Origin: Chiloscyllium plagiosum
Taxonomy: Eukaryota
Assembly: GCF_004010195.1 (NCBI RefSeq)
Contig: NC_057718.1
Location: 58,963,607-59,027,606 of the forward strand
DNA length: 64,000 bases
Direction of reading: 5' to 3'
The notes under the pieces were generated by a model that was given only the letters and a program-made list of their open reading frames with translations, did no database searches and was not told the DNA's origin. Shown here piece after piece: positions 24,015 through 37,674 of this stretch. Numbering within the stretch: the stretch's first letter is position 1; each line of letters starts with the position of its first letter. Made by a program: the position numbers and the translations under genes.

Positions 24015-27000
24015 AACATAGAAGCACTGAAACTTAGAAAATAGGCACAGGAGTAGACCATTCACCTTTCAAGCCTGCTCTGTGTTCAATATGATCATGA
24101 CTGATCATCCAGCTCAGTATCCTCTTCCCATGTTCCCCTCATATTCTTTGATCCCTTTAGTCCTAAGATCTACATCTATATCTTTTTTGAAAGTCTTTAA
24201 TCTGGCCTCAACAGTTTTCAGTGGCAGAGAATGTCTCAGGCTCACACTGTCTGGGTGAAGAAATTTCTTCTCATCTCAGTCCTAAATAGCCTACTCTTTA
24301 TCCTTAGACTGTGACCCCTGGTTATGGAGTCCCTGGTGATTGAGAAAATCCTTCCTATCTAACAATCCTGTTAGAACTTTGTAGATCCCCTCTCATTCTT
24401 CTAAACTCAGTGTATATAGTGATAGCCAATTGATTCTCTCCCATACATCAATCCCACCATCCCAGCAGTCAGTCTGGTAAACCTGCTTTGCACTCCCTCA
24501 ACAGCCAGAACATCCCTCTTCAGATAAGAGACCAAAACAGAACACAGCACTTGAGGGGTTGTCTCCCAAAGGACCTGTTCAGTTGCAGCAAGACATCCCT
24601 GCTCCTGCATTCCAATCTTCTCATTATGAAGCCCAACATACCATTTAACTTCTTCGTTGCCTGCTCCATCTATCTACATGCTTAATTTCAATGACTAATG
24701 CACAATGACACCCAGGTCTTGCTGTACAGGTCACCTAGGTCTCATTGCATCACTGCCTTCTCCAGCCCATCCCTGTTCAGATAATAATCTGCCTGCCATT
24801 TTTTGTAACCAAAATGGATAACATTACATTTATCCATATTATGTTGCATCTGCTATGTATTGTCTGCTTAGTTAACTTGTCCAAATCGCACTGAAGCTTC
24901 TCTGTATCCTCCAGACAATACCCTCCCACTCAATTTTGTGTCATCTGTAAATCCGGAGAAATGACAATGTAGTTTCCCAACCTAAATCAATAAATGTGAA
25001 TAGCACATCAAAACACTTCTCTGTCTTATACCTTACTATCCACTGCTCTCACTCAGAAAAAAGATCCATTTATTCCTACTCTGTCAACCAATTCTCAGTC
25101 CATTTCAGTAGATGACCTTCAATCCTGTGTGCTTTAATTTTGCATGGTAATCTCTATTGTGGCATTTTATCAAAAGCCTTCTGAAAATCCAAGAAAACCA
25201 CATCCATGGCTCCTTTTTGTCCATGCTACTAGTTAAATCTTTTAAAAATTTCAGCAGATTTGTCAAGTACAACTTACCCTTCGAAAATCCATGATGACTC
25301 TGTCTGATCTTGTCTCTATCTTCCAAAGGCTCTGTTATTATATTTTTTATAATGGACTCTAGCATTCTTCCCTTGACCAGTGTTGTACCAACCAGTTTAT
25401 AATTTGTTGTTTTCTCTGCCTCCCTTCTTAAATAGTGGAGTTACATTAGCTACATATAATACGTAGGAACTGTTCCAGAGTCTGTAGAATTTGAGAAGAC
25501 AACAACTAGCGTATTTGTTATTTCTAGGGTCACTTCTTTAAGTGTACTGAAGTGAAGGCTATCAGACCCTGCAGATTTATCTGCCTTTAATCACATTAGA
25601 TTCCTCAAATTTATTTCTCTATTCATATTAATTTATTTCACTTCCTCCTTCCCATGAGATCCTGTGTTGCACCTTTTTTGGTCATGTTATTATGTCTTCC
25701 TTTGTGAAGACAGGACTAAAGTGTGTATTTAATTGTTCTGCCATCTCTTTGTTACCCATTATAAGGTCAGGAATCAGACAACACCAGGTTATAGTCCTAT
25801 AGGTTTATTTGAAATCACAAGCTTTCGGAGTGCTGCCCCTTCGCCAGGTCCATTCCACCCCGGTCCAACACCAGCACCTCCACATCATGGTTACCCATTA
25901 TAAATTCTCCTGTTTCTCTCTGTAGAGGACCTATATTTCCCTTACTTATTTTTCTCTCTTCACAAATCTATTGAAGCATGTATGATCAGCTCATATGTTC
26001 CCAGTGAGCTTACTGTCAAACCTTAATTCTTTCTCTTAGTCAGTTTCTTTGTCTCTCTTTGCTCGAATCTACATTTCTCCCAATCCCCATGTCTTGTTGC
26101 TTGTTTTGGCCAATTTGTATGCCTCTTTCTTGAATTTAATACCACCATGAATTTCCCTTGTCAGCCATGGTCTAACCACATTTCCCATTTTGTTTTTTTG
26201 CCAGACTGGAACAACTAACTTACAATTTATCCACATATTCTTTAAATGTTTGCCATTGTCCGTTCACCATCATCCCCTGAAACAATGATTCCCAATTTAT
26301 CATAGCTAGTTTGTGCCTGATACCCTTTACTTACCCATTTCCTTTTTAAAATTCAGGGCCCCAGTCTCAGAAACAATTATGTCACTCTCCATATTAATGA
26401 AGAATTCAAGCTGATTGTGGTCACTCTAGATTGTTAATTATTCCTTCCTCATTAAACAATATTCAGTGAAGGATGGCCTTTGCTCTAGCTGGTTCCCAAC
26501 ATATTGATTCATAAGACTGTCTTGTATTCACTCCACGACTTCCACCTCTGGTATTGCTACTGACTTGATTTGCCCAATTTTATGCAGTTTGAAGTCACTC
26601 ATAATTACAGCATAATTATTGCTTGCATCTCTATTTTCCTTTTCAATGTTTTCCCAATATTACTACTACAACTTGGGGGTCTATATTCAACCACTACCCT
26701 TGATATTTCTAAGCACAACCCATATGGATTCTAATTCACCACAGCTAACATTCTTCAACGCAAATGCATTAATGTCCTTTCTAAATCAGCAGTGCTACCC
26801 TATCTCCTTTTTCTTCTTATTTGTCTTTTCTAAAAACAAAATATTCCTGGATATTCAGTTCCCATTCCTGGTCACACTGCAGCTATGTTCCCTCTATACC
26901 ACACACCCGTTAAGACCTATTTGCATAACTAATTCATCCATTTTATTGCAAATACTTCAAACATTAAGGAATAGGGTCTTAAGGCCTATCTTTTCAGCAT

Positions 27001-28380
27001 TCTTAATCCCATTCGTTGTTACCCTGCTCAAGTCGAGATCTTGAATTCTCTATCACCTTTCTTTATTTCATTTCGTGTTTCATTTTAGTAGTAATACCCT
27101 GGCATGGGTTTCCTTGTATACATTCTCATTCCACTGCCATTTTAGTTTCAGCTCTCCCCAACCTCACTCACAACTACATCTCCAAGGACATTAGTCCTGA
27201 TCCTTGCCTAAGTGTAAGCTGCCCAGTTTGTGATGGTCCCACATCCCCCCGAACCAATCCCAATGCTTCAGGAATCTGAAACCCATACCCTCATTCCATT
27301 TCCTTTACACATGTTCATCCAATATATCCTGTTATTTCTATTCTGACTATCATGTGGCACTGGTAGCAATCCTGAGACCACTTCTTTTGAGATCCTATTT
27401 TTTAACTTGTTTCCTAACTGTCTATACTCTGCTTTTAGAACTTCATCACTTTCACTACCTATGTCATTGGTGGTGATGTGTACCACAATCATTAGTTGTT
27501 CATACTCCCACTGTAGATTGTCCTCTAGTTGCTCCAAGATGTCCTTGACCCTGGCATCCAAAGATAATGTACCGTCCTGGAATCTCATTTTCAGCTACAG
27601 AATTATCTATCTGTTCCCTGTCGTATTGAATCCCTCATTACAGTAACATTCCTCTTTTTCCTCCTCTCCTGTGCAGCAGGATTGTGGTGCAGTGAGTTTG
27701 GCTGCTGCTAGTTTTCTCTAAGAGACTATTCCCCTCAACAATATCCAAAGGAGTACATCTATTTCCCAGTGGATGGCCATAGGGGATTCCTACACTGCCT
27801 GCCTAGTCCTCTTACTCTGCCTGCTGGGTATCCATCCCCTCTCTGCCAGGACAGCCACAGTCTGCAGTGTGACCACCTCTCTGTACATACTGTACACAAT
27901 TCTCCCAGCTTCACAATTCACAAAGACTCCTCAGTGTGCTCAGCTTCTGCCCCAGCTCCAAAACCCAGGCTACCAGGAACTGCAGATAGTGACACTTTCT
28001 TCTTATGTGCTGGTCCCGGAAACTGGAACTCTGCCCAACTCCCCATGGAGAGCAGGAGAGCACACCACAGCCTTAAACCGTCCTTTTATCACGTTCAATT
28101 CTTGGATTGCCCTTAAACTCAAATAATATTACTTCTAGGGTCCTTCTGCCTTAGTTTTCAGAGTGCGAGACCGAATGTACTTCAAAATTAAAATAAAATG
28201 CTCATAAAAACAGCACAAACTTAACTTTAGTCACCTTCTCTTTATTTTACTTAACCCTGGAGATTATCAGTCAATTCCTGAACCACGTGATTTTCTAAAT
28301 TACTGTTACTTAGGGTTAGTCCCTAAGTGGTCAAGTCACTGATTTCCTGTGACGTCAGTCTAAATTTTTTTTCCAGTCCA
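24015..28380 (-). mobile_element. Near full-length decayed CR1 LINE (5'UTR, ORF1 esterase, ORF2 APE-RT)
   Basis: ORF1 SGNH-esterase-like IVVHITTNDIG...EVVSGLLPVP at 27268-27588. RT region IRQSHHGFSKGKLYLTNLL at 25105-25365. 3' CATAGAA tail at ~24018. Confidence 0.88.
25765..25889. mobile_element. Short PLE-derived element with 14-bp TSD inside CR1
   Basis: GTTACCCATTATAA duplicated at 25751-25764 and 25890-25903. Minus-strand hammerhead-like core CTGGCGA-AGGGGC..ACTCC-GAAAGCTT. End motif GTCCAACACC.GCACCTCCA is shared with 16458-16538. Confidence 0.8.
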
Positions 28381-28596
28381 GTGTTGAACAAGGGAATGAA
28401 ATTCAGGGTCTGCCGCTGACAACATCCCTCATGCCCCATTCCCACAGAGCCCATCACTGACTCCTCTCCCCATGGCCCACTCCCAGAGAACCCATCTCTG
28501 ACTCGTCTCCACATGACCCATTCCCAAAGAGTCCATCACTGACTTCTCTTCCCAAGCTGCATTCCCACAGAGCCCATCACTGACTCATCTCCACAT

Positions 28597-28781
28597 GCAG
28601 CATCCAAGGAACAGGAGAATCGACGTTTCGGGCAGAAGCCCTTCTTCAGGAAAGCCCTGAAGAAGGGCTTATGCCCGAAACGTCGATTCTCCTGCTCCTT
28701 GGATGGCTGCCTGACTGCTGCGCTTTTCCAGCAACCCATTTTCAGCTCTGATCTCCAGCATCTGCAGCCCTCACTTTCACT
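28597..28781. mobile_element. PLE-derived element with head-to-head hammerhead cores, inserted into the minisatellite
   Basis: Inverted arms 28597-28650 and 28656-28710. TCATCTCCACATGC duplicated at 28585-28598 and 28782-28795. Confidence 0.85.
28653..28690 (+). ncRNA. Minimal type-I hammerhead ribozyme-like motif (PLE-associated)
   Basis: CUGAAGA-A-GGGC(UUAU)GCCC-GAAAC-GUC, with a mirror copy on the minus strand at 28622-28649. Confidence 0.6.
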
Positions 28782-31700
28782 TCATCTCCACATGCCCCAC
28801 ACCCGCAGAACCCATCACTGACATCTCTCCCCATGCTGCATTCCAACAGAGCTCATCACTGACTCCTCTCCCCAGGCCCCACTCTCACAGAGCCCATCAC
28901 TGACTCTACTCCCCATGCACCATTCCCATGCAACCAACCATTGACTCCACTCCCCATGCCTCATTCCCACAGAGCCCGTCACTGACTTCTCTCCCCATGT
29001 CCCATTCCCACACAGCCCACCATTAACTCCTCTCCCCATGCCTCATTCCCACAGAGCTCATCACTGATTCCTCTCCCCATGCCCTCCACACACATAGCCC
29101 ATCACTGAATTTTCTCCGCATGCTGCATTCTCACAGAGCTCATCACTGACTCCTCTCCCCATGCCCCACTCCCACAGAGCCCATCACTGTCTCCTCTCCC
29201 CATTCCCCATTCCCACACAGCTCATCACTGACTCCTCTCCCCATGCCCCATTCCCAAAGAGCCCATCACTGTCTCCTCTCCCCATGCCCCATTCCCACAG
29301 AGCTCATCACTGACTCCTCTCCCCATGACCCATTCCCACAGAGCCCATCACTGACTCCTCTCCCCATGCACCACGCCACACAGCCCATCACTGACTCCAC
29401 TCCCCATCTCCCACTCCTTCAGAGCTCATCACTGCCCCATCTCCCCATGCCTCATTCCCGCAGATACCATCACTGACTCCTCACACATTCCCCACTCCCA
29501 CAGAGCCCATCACTGCCCCGTCTCCCCATGCCTCATTGCCACAGACCCCATCTCTGAGTCATCTCTCCATGCCCCATTCCCACAGAGCCCATCACTGACT
29601 CCTCTCCCCATGCCCCATTCCCACAGAGCCCATCATTGACTCCACTCCCCATGTCCTATTCCCACACAGACCACCATTGACTCCTCTCCCCATGCTGCAT
29701 TCCCACAGCTGCATTCCCACACAGCCCATCACTGACTTCTCTCCCCATGCTGCATTCCCAAAGAGTTCATCACTGACTCCTCTCCCCATGACTCATTGCC
29801 AAACAGTCCATCACTGACGCCTCTCCCCATGCCCCATTCCTACTGAGCCGATCACTGTTTCCTCTTCCCAAACCCGATTCCCACAGAGCACCTCACTGAC
29901 TTCAGTTCCCATGCTGCATTCCCAAAGAGCGCGTCACTAACTTCTCTCCACATGACCAATTCGCAAAGAGTCCATCACTGACTCCACTACCCATGCCGCA
30001 TTCCCACAGAGCCCATCACTGATGCCACTCCCCTTGGCCCATGCCCACAGAGCCCATCACTGACTCCACTCCGCATGTCCCATTCCCACACAGCCCATCA
30101 AACATTTCTCTCCCCATGACCCATTCCCACAGAGCTCATCAATCACTTCTCCCCCCATGACTCACTTCCAAAGAGTCCATCACTGACTCATCTCCCAATG
30201 CCACATTCCCACAGAGCACATCACTGACTCGACTCCCCATGCCCCATTCCCACACAGACCATCACTCACTTCTCTCCCCATGCTGCATTCCCACAGAGTT
30301 CATCACTGACTTCTCTCCCCATGACTCATTTCCAAAGAGTCCATCCCTGACTCCTCTCCCAATGCCACATTCCCACAGACACATCTCTGACTCCTCACCC
30401 CATGCCCCATTCCCACAGAGCTCATCACTGACTCCTTTCCTATTATCCAATTCCAACAGATCCCATCTCTGCCCCGTCTCCACATGCCCCCTTCCCACAG
30501 AGCCCATCTCTGACTCCTCTCCCCATGCCCCATTCCCACAGAGCCCATCACTGACTTCTCTCCTCATGCTATTTTCCCACAGAGATCATCACTGACTCAT
30601 CTCCCCATGACCCACTCCCACAGAGCACATCACTGACTCCACTCCCCATGTCCCATCCCACACAGACCACCATTGACTCCTCACCCCATGCCCCATTCCC
30701 ACAGAGCCCATCAATCACTTCTCTCCCCATGCTGCATTCCCATAGAGCTCATCACATACTTCTCTCCCCATGACTCTTCCAAACAGTCCATCACTGTTTC
30801 CTCTCCCCAAGCCCCATTCCCACAGAGCACCTCACTGACTTCTGTTCCCAATCTGCATTCCCACAGAGATCATCACTAACTTCTCTCCACATGACCTATT
30901 CCCAAAGAATCCATCACTGACTCCACTACCCATGCCACATTCCCACTGAGCCCATCTCTGACTCCTCTCCCCATGCACCATTCCCAAAGAGCACATCACT
31001 GACTCCACTCCGCATGTCCCATTCCCACACAGCCCATCAATCATTTCTCTCCCCATGCTGCATTCCCACACAGCCCATCACTGACTTCTCTCCCCATGCT
31101 GCATTCCCAAAGAGTTCATCACTGACTCCTCTCCCCATGACTCATTTCCTAAGAACACGTCACTGATTCCTCTCCCACTGCCACATTCCCACAGACCCAT
31201 GACTGACTCGACTCCCCATGCCCCATTCCCACAAAGCCCATCATTGACTCCTCTCCCCATGCCCCACACCCACAGAGCCCATCTCTGACACCTCACCCCA
31301 TGCCATACTCCCACAGAGCCCATCACTGACTTCTCTCCCTATGTCCCACTCCCACAGAGCCCATCTCTGACTCCTCTCCCCATGCCCCACACTCACAGAG
31401 CCCATCACTGACATCTCTCCCCATGCTGCATTCCAACAGAGCTCACACTGACATCTCTCCCCATGCTGCATTCCAACAGAGCTCATGACTGAATCCTCTC
31501 CCCATGCCCCACTCTCACAGAGCCCATCTCTGACTCCACTCCCCATGCACCATTCCCACACAACCGACCATTGACTCCACTCCAATGCCCCAGTCCCACA
31601 GAGCTCATCACTGACTTTTCTCCCCATGCTGCATTCTCACAGAGCCAATCACTGACCCCTCTCCCCATGCCCCACTCCCACAGAACTCATCACTGAATCC

Positions 31701-31987
31701 TCTCCCCATGCTCCACTCCCACTGAGCCCATGTCTGACACTTAGCCCCATGCCCAATTCCCACATAGCCCATCTCTGACTCCTCTCCCCATGCTCCATTC
31801 CCACAGAGACCATCTCTGGCTCCTCTCCCCCATGCCCCATTCCCACACAACCCATCAATGACTACTCTCGCCATGCCCCATTCCCACAGATCCCATCTCT
31901 GGCGCCTCTCCCCCATGTGCCATTCCCACAGAGACCATCAATGACTACTCTCCCCATGCCCCATTCCCACAGAGCCCATCTCTGAAC

Positions 31988-32487
31988 NNNNNNNNNNNNN
32001 NNNNNNNNNNNNNNNNNNNNNNNNNNNNNNNNNNNNNNNNNNNNNNNNNNNNNNNNNNNNNNNNNNNNNNNNNNNNNNNNNNNNNNNNNNNNNNNNNNNN
32101 NNNNNNNNNNNNNNNNNNNNNNNNNNNNNNNNNNNNNNNNNNNNNNNNNNNNNNNNNNNNNNNNNNNNNNNNNNNNNNNNNNNNNNNNNNNNNNNNNNNN
32201 NNNNNNNNNNNNNNNNNNNNNNNNNNNNNNNNNNNNNNNNNNNNNNNNNNNNNNNNNNNNNNNNNNNNNNNNNNNNNNNNNNNNNNNNNNNNNNNNNNNN
32301 NNNNNNNNNNNNNNNNNNNNNNNNNNNNNNNNNNNNNNNNNNNNNNNNNNNNNNNNNNNNNNNNNNNNNNNNNNNNNNNNNNNNNNNNNNNNNNNNNNNN
32401 NNNNNNNNNNNNNNNNNNNNNNNNNNNNNNNNNNNNNNNNNNNNNNNNNNNNNNNNNNNNNNNNNNNNNNNNNNNNNNNNNNNNNNN
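31988..32487. other. Assembly gap (500 N)
   Basis: Run of N. Confidence 1.
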
Positions 32488-33199
32488 AAAAATTAGTTTT
32501 CCTGTTGATGTATATCGGACTGTACATTCCTTTACATCAACAAAAGATTCCATTTGAAATGGGCCAATGAATATTGTGCTTTTTTCCAAAGATTTCAAGG
32601 ATGATGATACATTATTAATAATGCTACTGTTTAGTATGTGTCCAGAAGTATCTGCAAGGTATATTATTAGGTTGAGTGCAGTAAGCACTACGCACTGTGA
32701 AGATGCCATGAGGACTTGGGGGAGAGTAAAGCAGGGTTTTATGGGATACAATCCTAGAACTTGGTCCTCTCAATAGTCTTGAAACAATATATAGATTATT
32801 CTTATAACCTGTAAATAGTTGCAAAGGAGCAATGAACCACATCTTGGTACTTTACAAGTCTCTTTTGGGTAGAAAAGAAGCTGAAAACCCTTGTATGCGC
32901 TAGACCACAGAAACTCTTAAAGAACCCACACACTTATAAGATATGGTTGGTAGCACACACAACAGATTAGAAAGGGGACAAAGTACTTTTTTTAAATCAA
33001 AGAAAACAGGGAATGTGAATTTATGCAGTAATAAGATATAATCCAGTGCTAGGTCTCAAGCTTGAATAAGGCTTTCTGTAAAATCAACAGTTATTTGGCA
33101 TTAATGTCTAATATATGGATGTATTTAAAACTGTGGATTGAAACAAGATTTTTGGTCAAACTGCTGCTTTATTGTTCCCCTCTCCAGATCCCTTCAAGT

Positions 33200-34010
33200 T
33201 GTTGCCTCCCAAGTCAGTATTCATCTTTCCTGGAGTTCCAAGTTTGAACCTATCCGACACCACAGTACTGAAATGGTTCTTATCAAGGTCATAAGTGACA
33301 TGCTTTCTGACTGGGACAAAGGTATACTATATCTCCTCATCACTCTCAGCCTTTGACATGATTGAACACACTATCTTCCTCCAATGTCTCTGCTTTCTGG
33401 CTGGGTGGGACTGCTCTCCCCTGGTTCCATTCTTATCTATTGAATTATAGCCAGACTATCACTTGGAGTGGCTTCTCTCCTTTCTCCTACACTGTCACCT
33501 CTGATGTCTCACAAGACCCTTTCCTATTTCTCAGATGCTCCCTAGCAACATTGTCCAGAGGTACAATGGCAGTTTTCACATGAACATTGCCAACACCAAG
33601 CTCTACCTCTACACCAATCCTCCTTGCTGCTAAATTTTCAGAGTGCTTACCTGACATTCAGTACTGGATGACCAAAACTTTCTTCCAGTTTTGGGAAATC
33701 TGAAGCACTGTCTTTATCTTTGTTTCAAATAACACTCCCCCACAATAAGGCAGACTTAAAGCTCTTCCGTCAGCAGACTGTGAGACTAAGCCAGGCTGTT
33801 CTTAACCTTGGTGTTACATTTGATCCCGATGAACTCCTAAACTCATTTTCATCTTATCTGCCTATTTCAACCTCTGAATCATGTCTGACTCTCAGTCTTG
33901 TTTCTACTCAAATGCTATTGAAACTCTCATCTGTGTTTTCATGACATTGAAACTAAATTAGTCCATTGCACTCCTGATTGGTTTCGTACACTCTGTCCTT
34001 CATAAACTTG
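33200..34010 (+). mobile_element. L2-clade LINE RT relic
   Basis: HHSTEMVLIKVISDML...LSAFDM and GGTALPWFHSYL..SQTI match L2 motifs HSTETAL.KV.ND, DLSAAFDT and L.WF.SYL. Confidence 0.75.
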
Positions 34011-34654
34011 GATGGAATTTTATGCCACTGTCCATGTATTTGCCAGTGGAGTGGCATGTAAAATAAAAGAGGTGACTCCTGCGCCAGCTTCCTGTCCACT
34101 TCAGAACTATCCCCAAAGTATGCTAGGCAGGTAATGTATCATGCCAGCTTGTTACTTTTACTACTGAGGCTAAAAGGTGTGAAAGAAGGAGACAGACAAA
34201 TATTTTTGGACTGTACCCATTAGAGACACAAGCCAAACAGATACCCCAATGTCCGCTAAAGCGTCCAAAAAATGACCAAGCCACCAACTCTACCCTGAGT
34301 TATAATCCCCGATCCTTTATCATCCATAAACCCTGACTAACCTAGATTTATGGATCTTCTCAGAGCTGCTTATAGTCTCAACAGCAATCGCTGCTGAGTT
34401 CTGGCAATAGTGGGACTAGTCATTTGCAGTTAATCAAATTGGCCAGCAGATTTTGTGTCAGCTACTACAGGATAGAAGTCCCATTGTCAGCATGGAAAGG
34501 CAGCCCCATCTTACTACTGCTGTGAGGAAGTCTCTTTTTCAGTTATTCGAGTGAAACTGGCTTGCCCAGCAGTTATTGCTCATCCCAGCAGTTATTGCCT
34601 TACCTTCTTGAACCACTGCTGTCCCTAGATTAGGAACACCTACAGAGATGTTAA

Positions 34655-35080
34655 AAATATAGACATAGAAAACACCATTCAATATGATCATGCCTGATCA
34701 TTCAATTCCATTGCTGTCTTCTTGCATTACCTTTTGATTCCTTTAGTCTTAAGCCTTCAACCTATTTTCTATGGCAGAGAATTTACCACTTCCTGGATGA
34801 AGATATTTCTCCTCATTTCAGTCCTAAAGGCTTACTATATATCCTTAGATTGTGACCCCTTGTTCTGGACTTCCCAGTCATCGTGAATATCCTTCCTGTA
34901 TTTACCTTGTCTCCTGTTAGGATTTTAGAGATTTCTTTGAGATCCTTCTTATTCTCCTAAACTTGAGTGAATATATTCCAAACCTTTCCAGTCTCTCTTC
35001 ATACTCAATCCTGTCATTGCGGAAATCAGTCTGTTAGATCTTTGTTACACTTCTTCTATAGCCAGAACATCCTTCGTCAG
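34655..35080 (-). mobile_element. CR1 3' fragment
   Basis: Homologous to 24015-24540. CATAGAA tail. Confidence 0.8.
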
Positions 35081-35099
35081 GTAATTTTTACATCGATTA

Positions 35100-37350
35100 G
35101 ACAAATCAACTTGGCAAATGTTCCCCAGAGGAAGAGTTAATAGTGTATTTGGAAGAAATTCACAAATTTCTGGAATCTACTGAGGACCAGGCTATTTTAA
35201 ACCTGGTAATATAAATTGAAACAGAATTAAATGAAGACTTTGTAATAAGGAATCCATTGGCAAGAGTAATCATAGAATAACAGAATTTCACATTCAGTTC
35301 AATGCAAAAAAAGTCAGTCCTTAATTAATGTTTTATAAAGTTAAATAGGTACAATTATAAAGATATGAATACAAAGTTGGCTGAAGTGAACTAAATAAAT
35401 AAGTTTAAAGACAAGATGGTAGAAAAGTAATGGTAGATATTTAATAATATATCTTATGGCTCTCAATGAAGATATATTCCACTGAAAAGGAAGACTCAAT
35501 CAGAACAATGCTATCCCTATGACTAGCTAAGGAAATTAAGGATAGTAAGGAAAAAAAATGTTGTTAAACCAAAAAATTGGCTAAGTTTTTGAAACTAGCA
35601 AAGGATAATGTTTTTAAAAAGGAGACATTATTGTGTAAGAGAAAATTAGCAAGCAATATTAAACAGATTATAAAAATTTCTACAAGTGTACAAAAAGGAA
35701 ATTGTTAACTAAAATAAGCATTGATCACTTAACGATCGCGACTGGAAATTAACAATGGGAAAGTAAGAAATAGCAAAGGTTTTCATCGCACTTTGTAGCT
35801 GTTTTCTCAGCAGAGGAAGAAAAATAATCCCAAAATAGTTGAAAATCAAAAGGTGGAGAGAGAGAGGAATTTTGAAACAATCATTATTGCTAATGAAAAA
35901 GTACTTGGGAAACCAACGAGATGATAGGTTGACAATTCCCTTGAACCTGACGAGTTATGTTCTAGGCTCTTAAAACAATTGGCTGCAAATAGAATGGATG
36001 CATTAGTTATATTCTTTCAAACTTCCTTAGGCTTTGGAAATGTCTTAGTGAGTTGGAAATCTGCACATTTAATATCTCTTTCAAGAAAGAGAGAGACAGA
36101 AAACAGGAGAGTATAGGTCGGTTGGGTCCAACATTGACCATTTGGAAAATTGTTCAAGCGCTAATAGCAGGACATTTAGAGAATCATGAAACAACATGAT
36201 TTTGTAAAAGGGAAATCATGCTGGACAAATTAATTTGGGTTATTTGAGTTTTAATAAACAGAATGGATAAAGAGGAACCAGTAGTTATAGTGCAGTTGAA
36301 TTTCCAAAAGGCATTCATTAATGTGCTACATAAAAGAATAATACACAACACATGAGCTTGTAGGGATGATTTTTACTCTGATTATAGGATTGGCTAATCA
36401 ATTAAAAATGGATAAATGGATCATTTCCAGGATGGCAAACCATAACTAGTGGAGAGCTACAATGATCAAAACTGGAGCCTCAATGGTTTATGATCTGTTT
36501 ATGATCCTGGATGAAGGGAGTAATTGTATTCTAGCCAAATGTGCTGACGATGCAAAGATAGGATTGCAAGAAAGCTGTGAGGAACACACAAAGAGTCTGC
36601 AAAAAAATTATAGTAAAGATAAATGAGTAGGAAAAGTGTGAGATGTAGTATAATGTGGGAAATTGTGAATTCTCCGCTTTGAGGGAAGAATAAAAAGCAG
36701 AATTTCATTTAAATGAAGAGAGCTTGAAGAATGCTATAATGGAGAGGGACCTGGATATTTTGTACCTGAAAAATAAATCTTCATCACGGAGGGACAGGAA
36801 ATAATTAGGAAGGCAAATGAAATGTCAGCCTTTATTGCAAAGCCTTTGTTGGATAAAATTGTGAGGTTTTGCTGCAGTTATATAGGATGTTGGTGAGATG
36901 GCACTTTGAGTACTGTTTACAATTTTGGTCACCTTACTTGCATTGATTGCAGTTCAGAAAAAAGTCAATAGGCTAATTCCTGGGAAGAGGAGTTTGTTTT
37001 ATGAGGAGGATTTGAGCTGGTTGGGCATAATGAAACAAATGAAAGATGGTTTATTCAGGCATGCAAGATTATTAAGGTGCTTGACCATGCAAATATTGAG
37101 AGGATGTTTTCTTTCATGGGAGATTGTAAAACTAGACAGCATAATTTCAATGTAATAAGTTTTCTGTTTTAGACAGAGATGAGAAGGAATTTCTTCTCTC
37201 TGACAACATTTAGTATTTGAAATTCTCTTTCTCAGTGAGCAGTAGAGGATGGGTCATTGAATATATTTGAAACATGTTTAATTGACAAAAGGAGGGTGCA
37301 GGATCAAGGGATCAAATAACCCACTCCTGTCTGTTATGTCTCTTTGTTCA
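35100..37350 (+). mobile_element. Old CR1 ORF2 relic
   Basis: Decayed APE-linker-RT sequence (GGGAAATCATGCTGGACAAAT; TTTCCAAAAGGCATTC; GCTGACGATGCAAAG) and a CR1 3' end. Confidence 0.8.
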
Positions 37351-37451
37351 ATGCTCTTATATTGTGAGTTAGATGGTTAGCTGGAATTCTCCAAATATGT
37401 AAGTTTTTTTTCTCTGGGTTCTCTTCTCAGCATATAAAGTCACAAGGCTTT

Positions 37452-37670
37452 CCAGAGGAACCTTGATTATCCGAATACCAATTATCCAAAAATCAGATTA
37501 TCCGAAGGAGATCTCGAGGTCCTGATAGAAACATTGCATCAAAGACGTGTTTCCAGCAGTGACCCTGTCTTTTTTTCCCATTATTAAACAGTCACCGTCT
37601 CCTGACCTCCTGCCCTCTCTCTCTCCCCACACTCTCCCTGGAGGTCTACACAGGAGTGTACCTTAAACCA
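37452..37670. mobile_element. Truncated second copy of the pogo/Tigger-like MITE
   Basis: Reverse complement of ~550-771, starting CAGAGGAACCTTGATTATCCGAA. Confidence 0.8.
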
Positions 37671-37674
37671 CCTC

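Larger units (their letters stand above)
28420..31987. repeat. 41-bp minisatellite (roughly 80 units visible, continuing into the gap)
   Basis: Consensus CCCATCACTGACTCCTCTCCCCATGCCCCATTCCCACAGAG, with strong C/G strand skew. Confidence 0.97.

Noticed and set aside
28420..31987. Regular repeat array as CRISPR, or its many Gly/Ser/Met-rich ORFs as proteins
   Set aside because: The units are contiguous with no unique spacers, there are no cas genes, and the context is eukaryotic. The 41-bp period shifts frame every unit.
31862..32751. Long ORFs crossing N runs (also 56247-57330)
   Set aside because: Artefacts of the assembly gaps.
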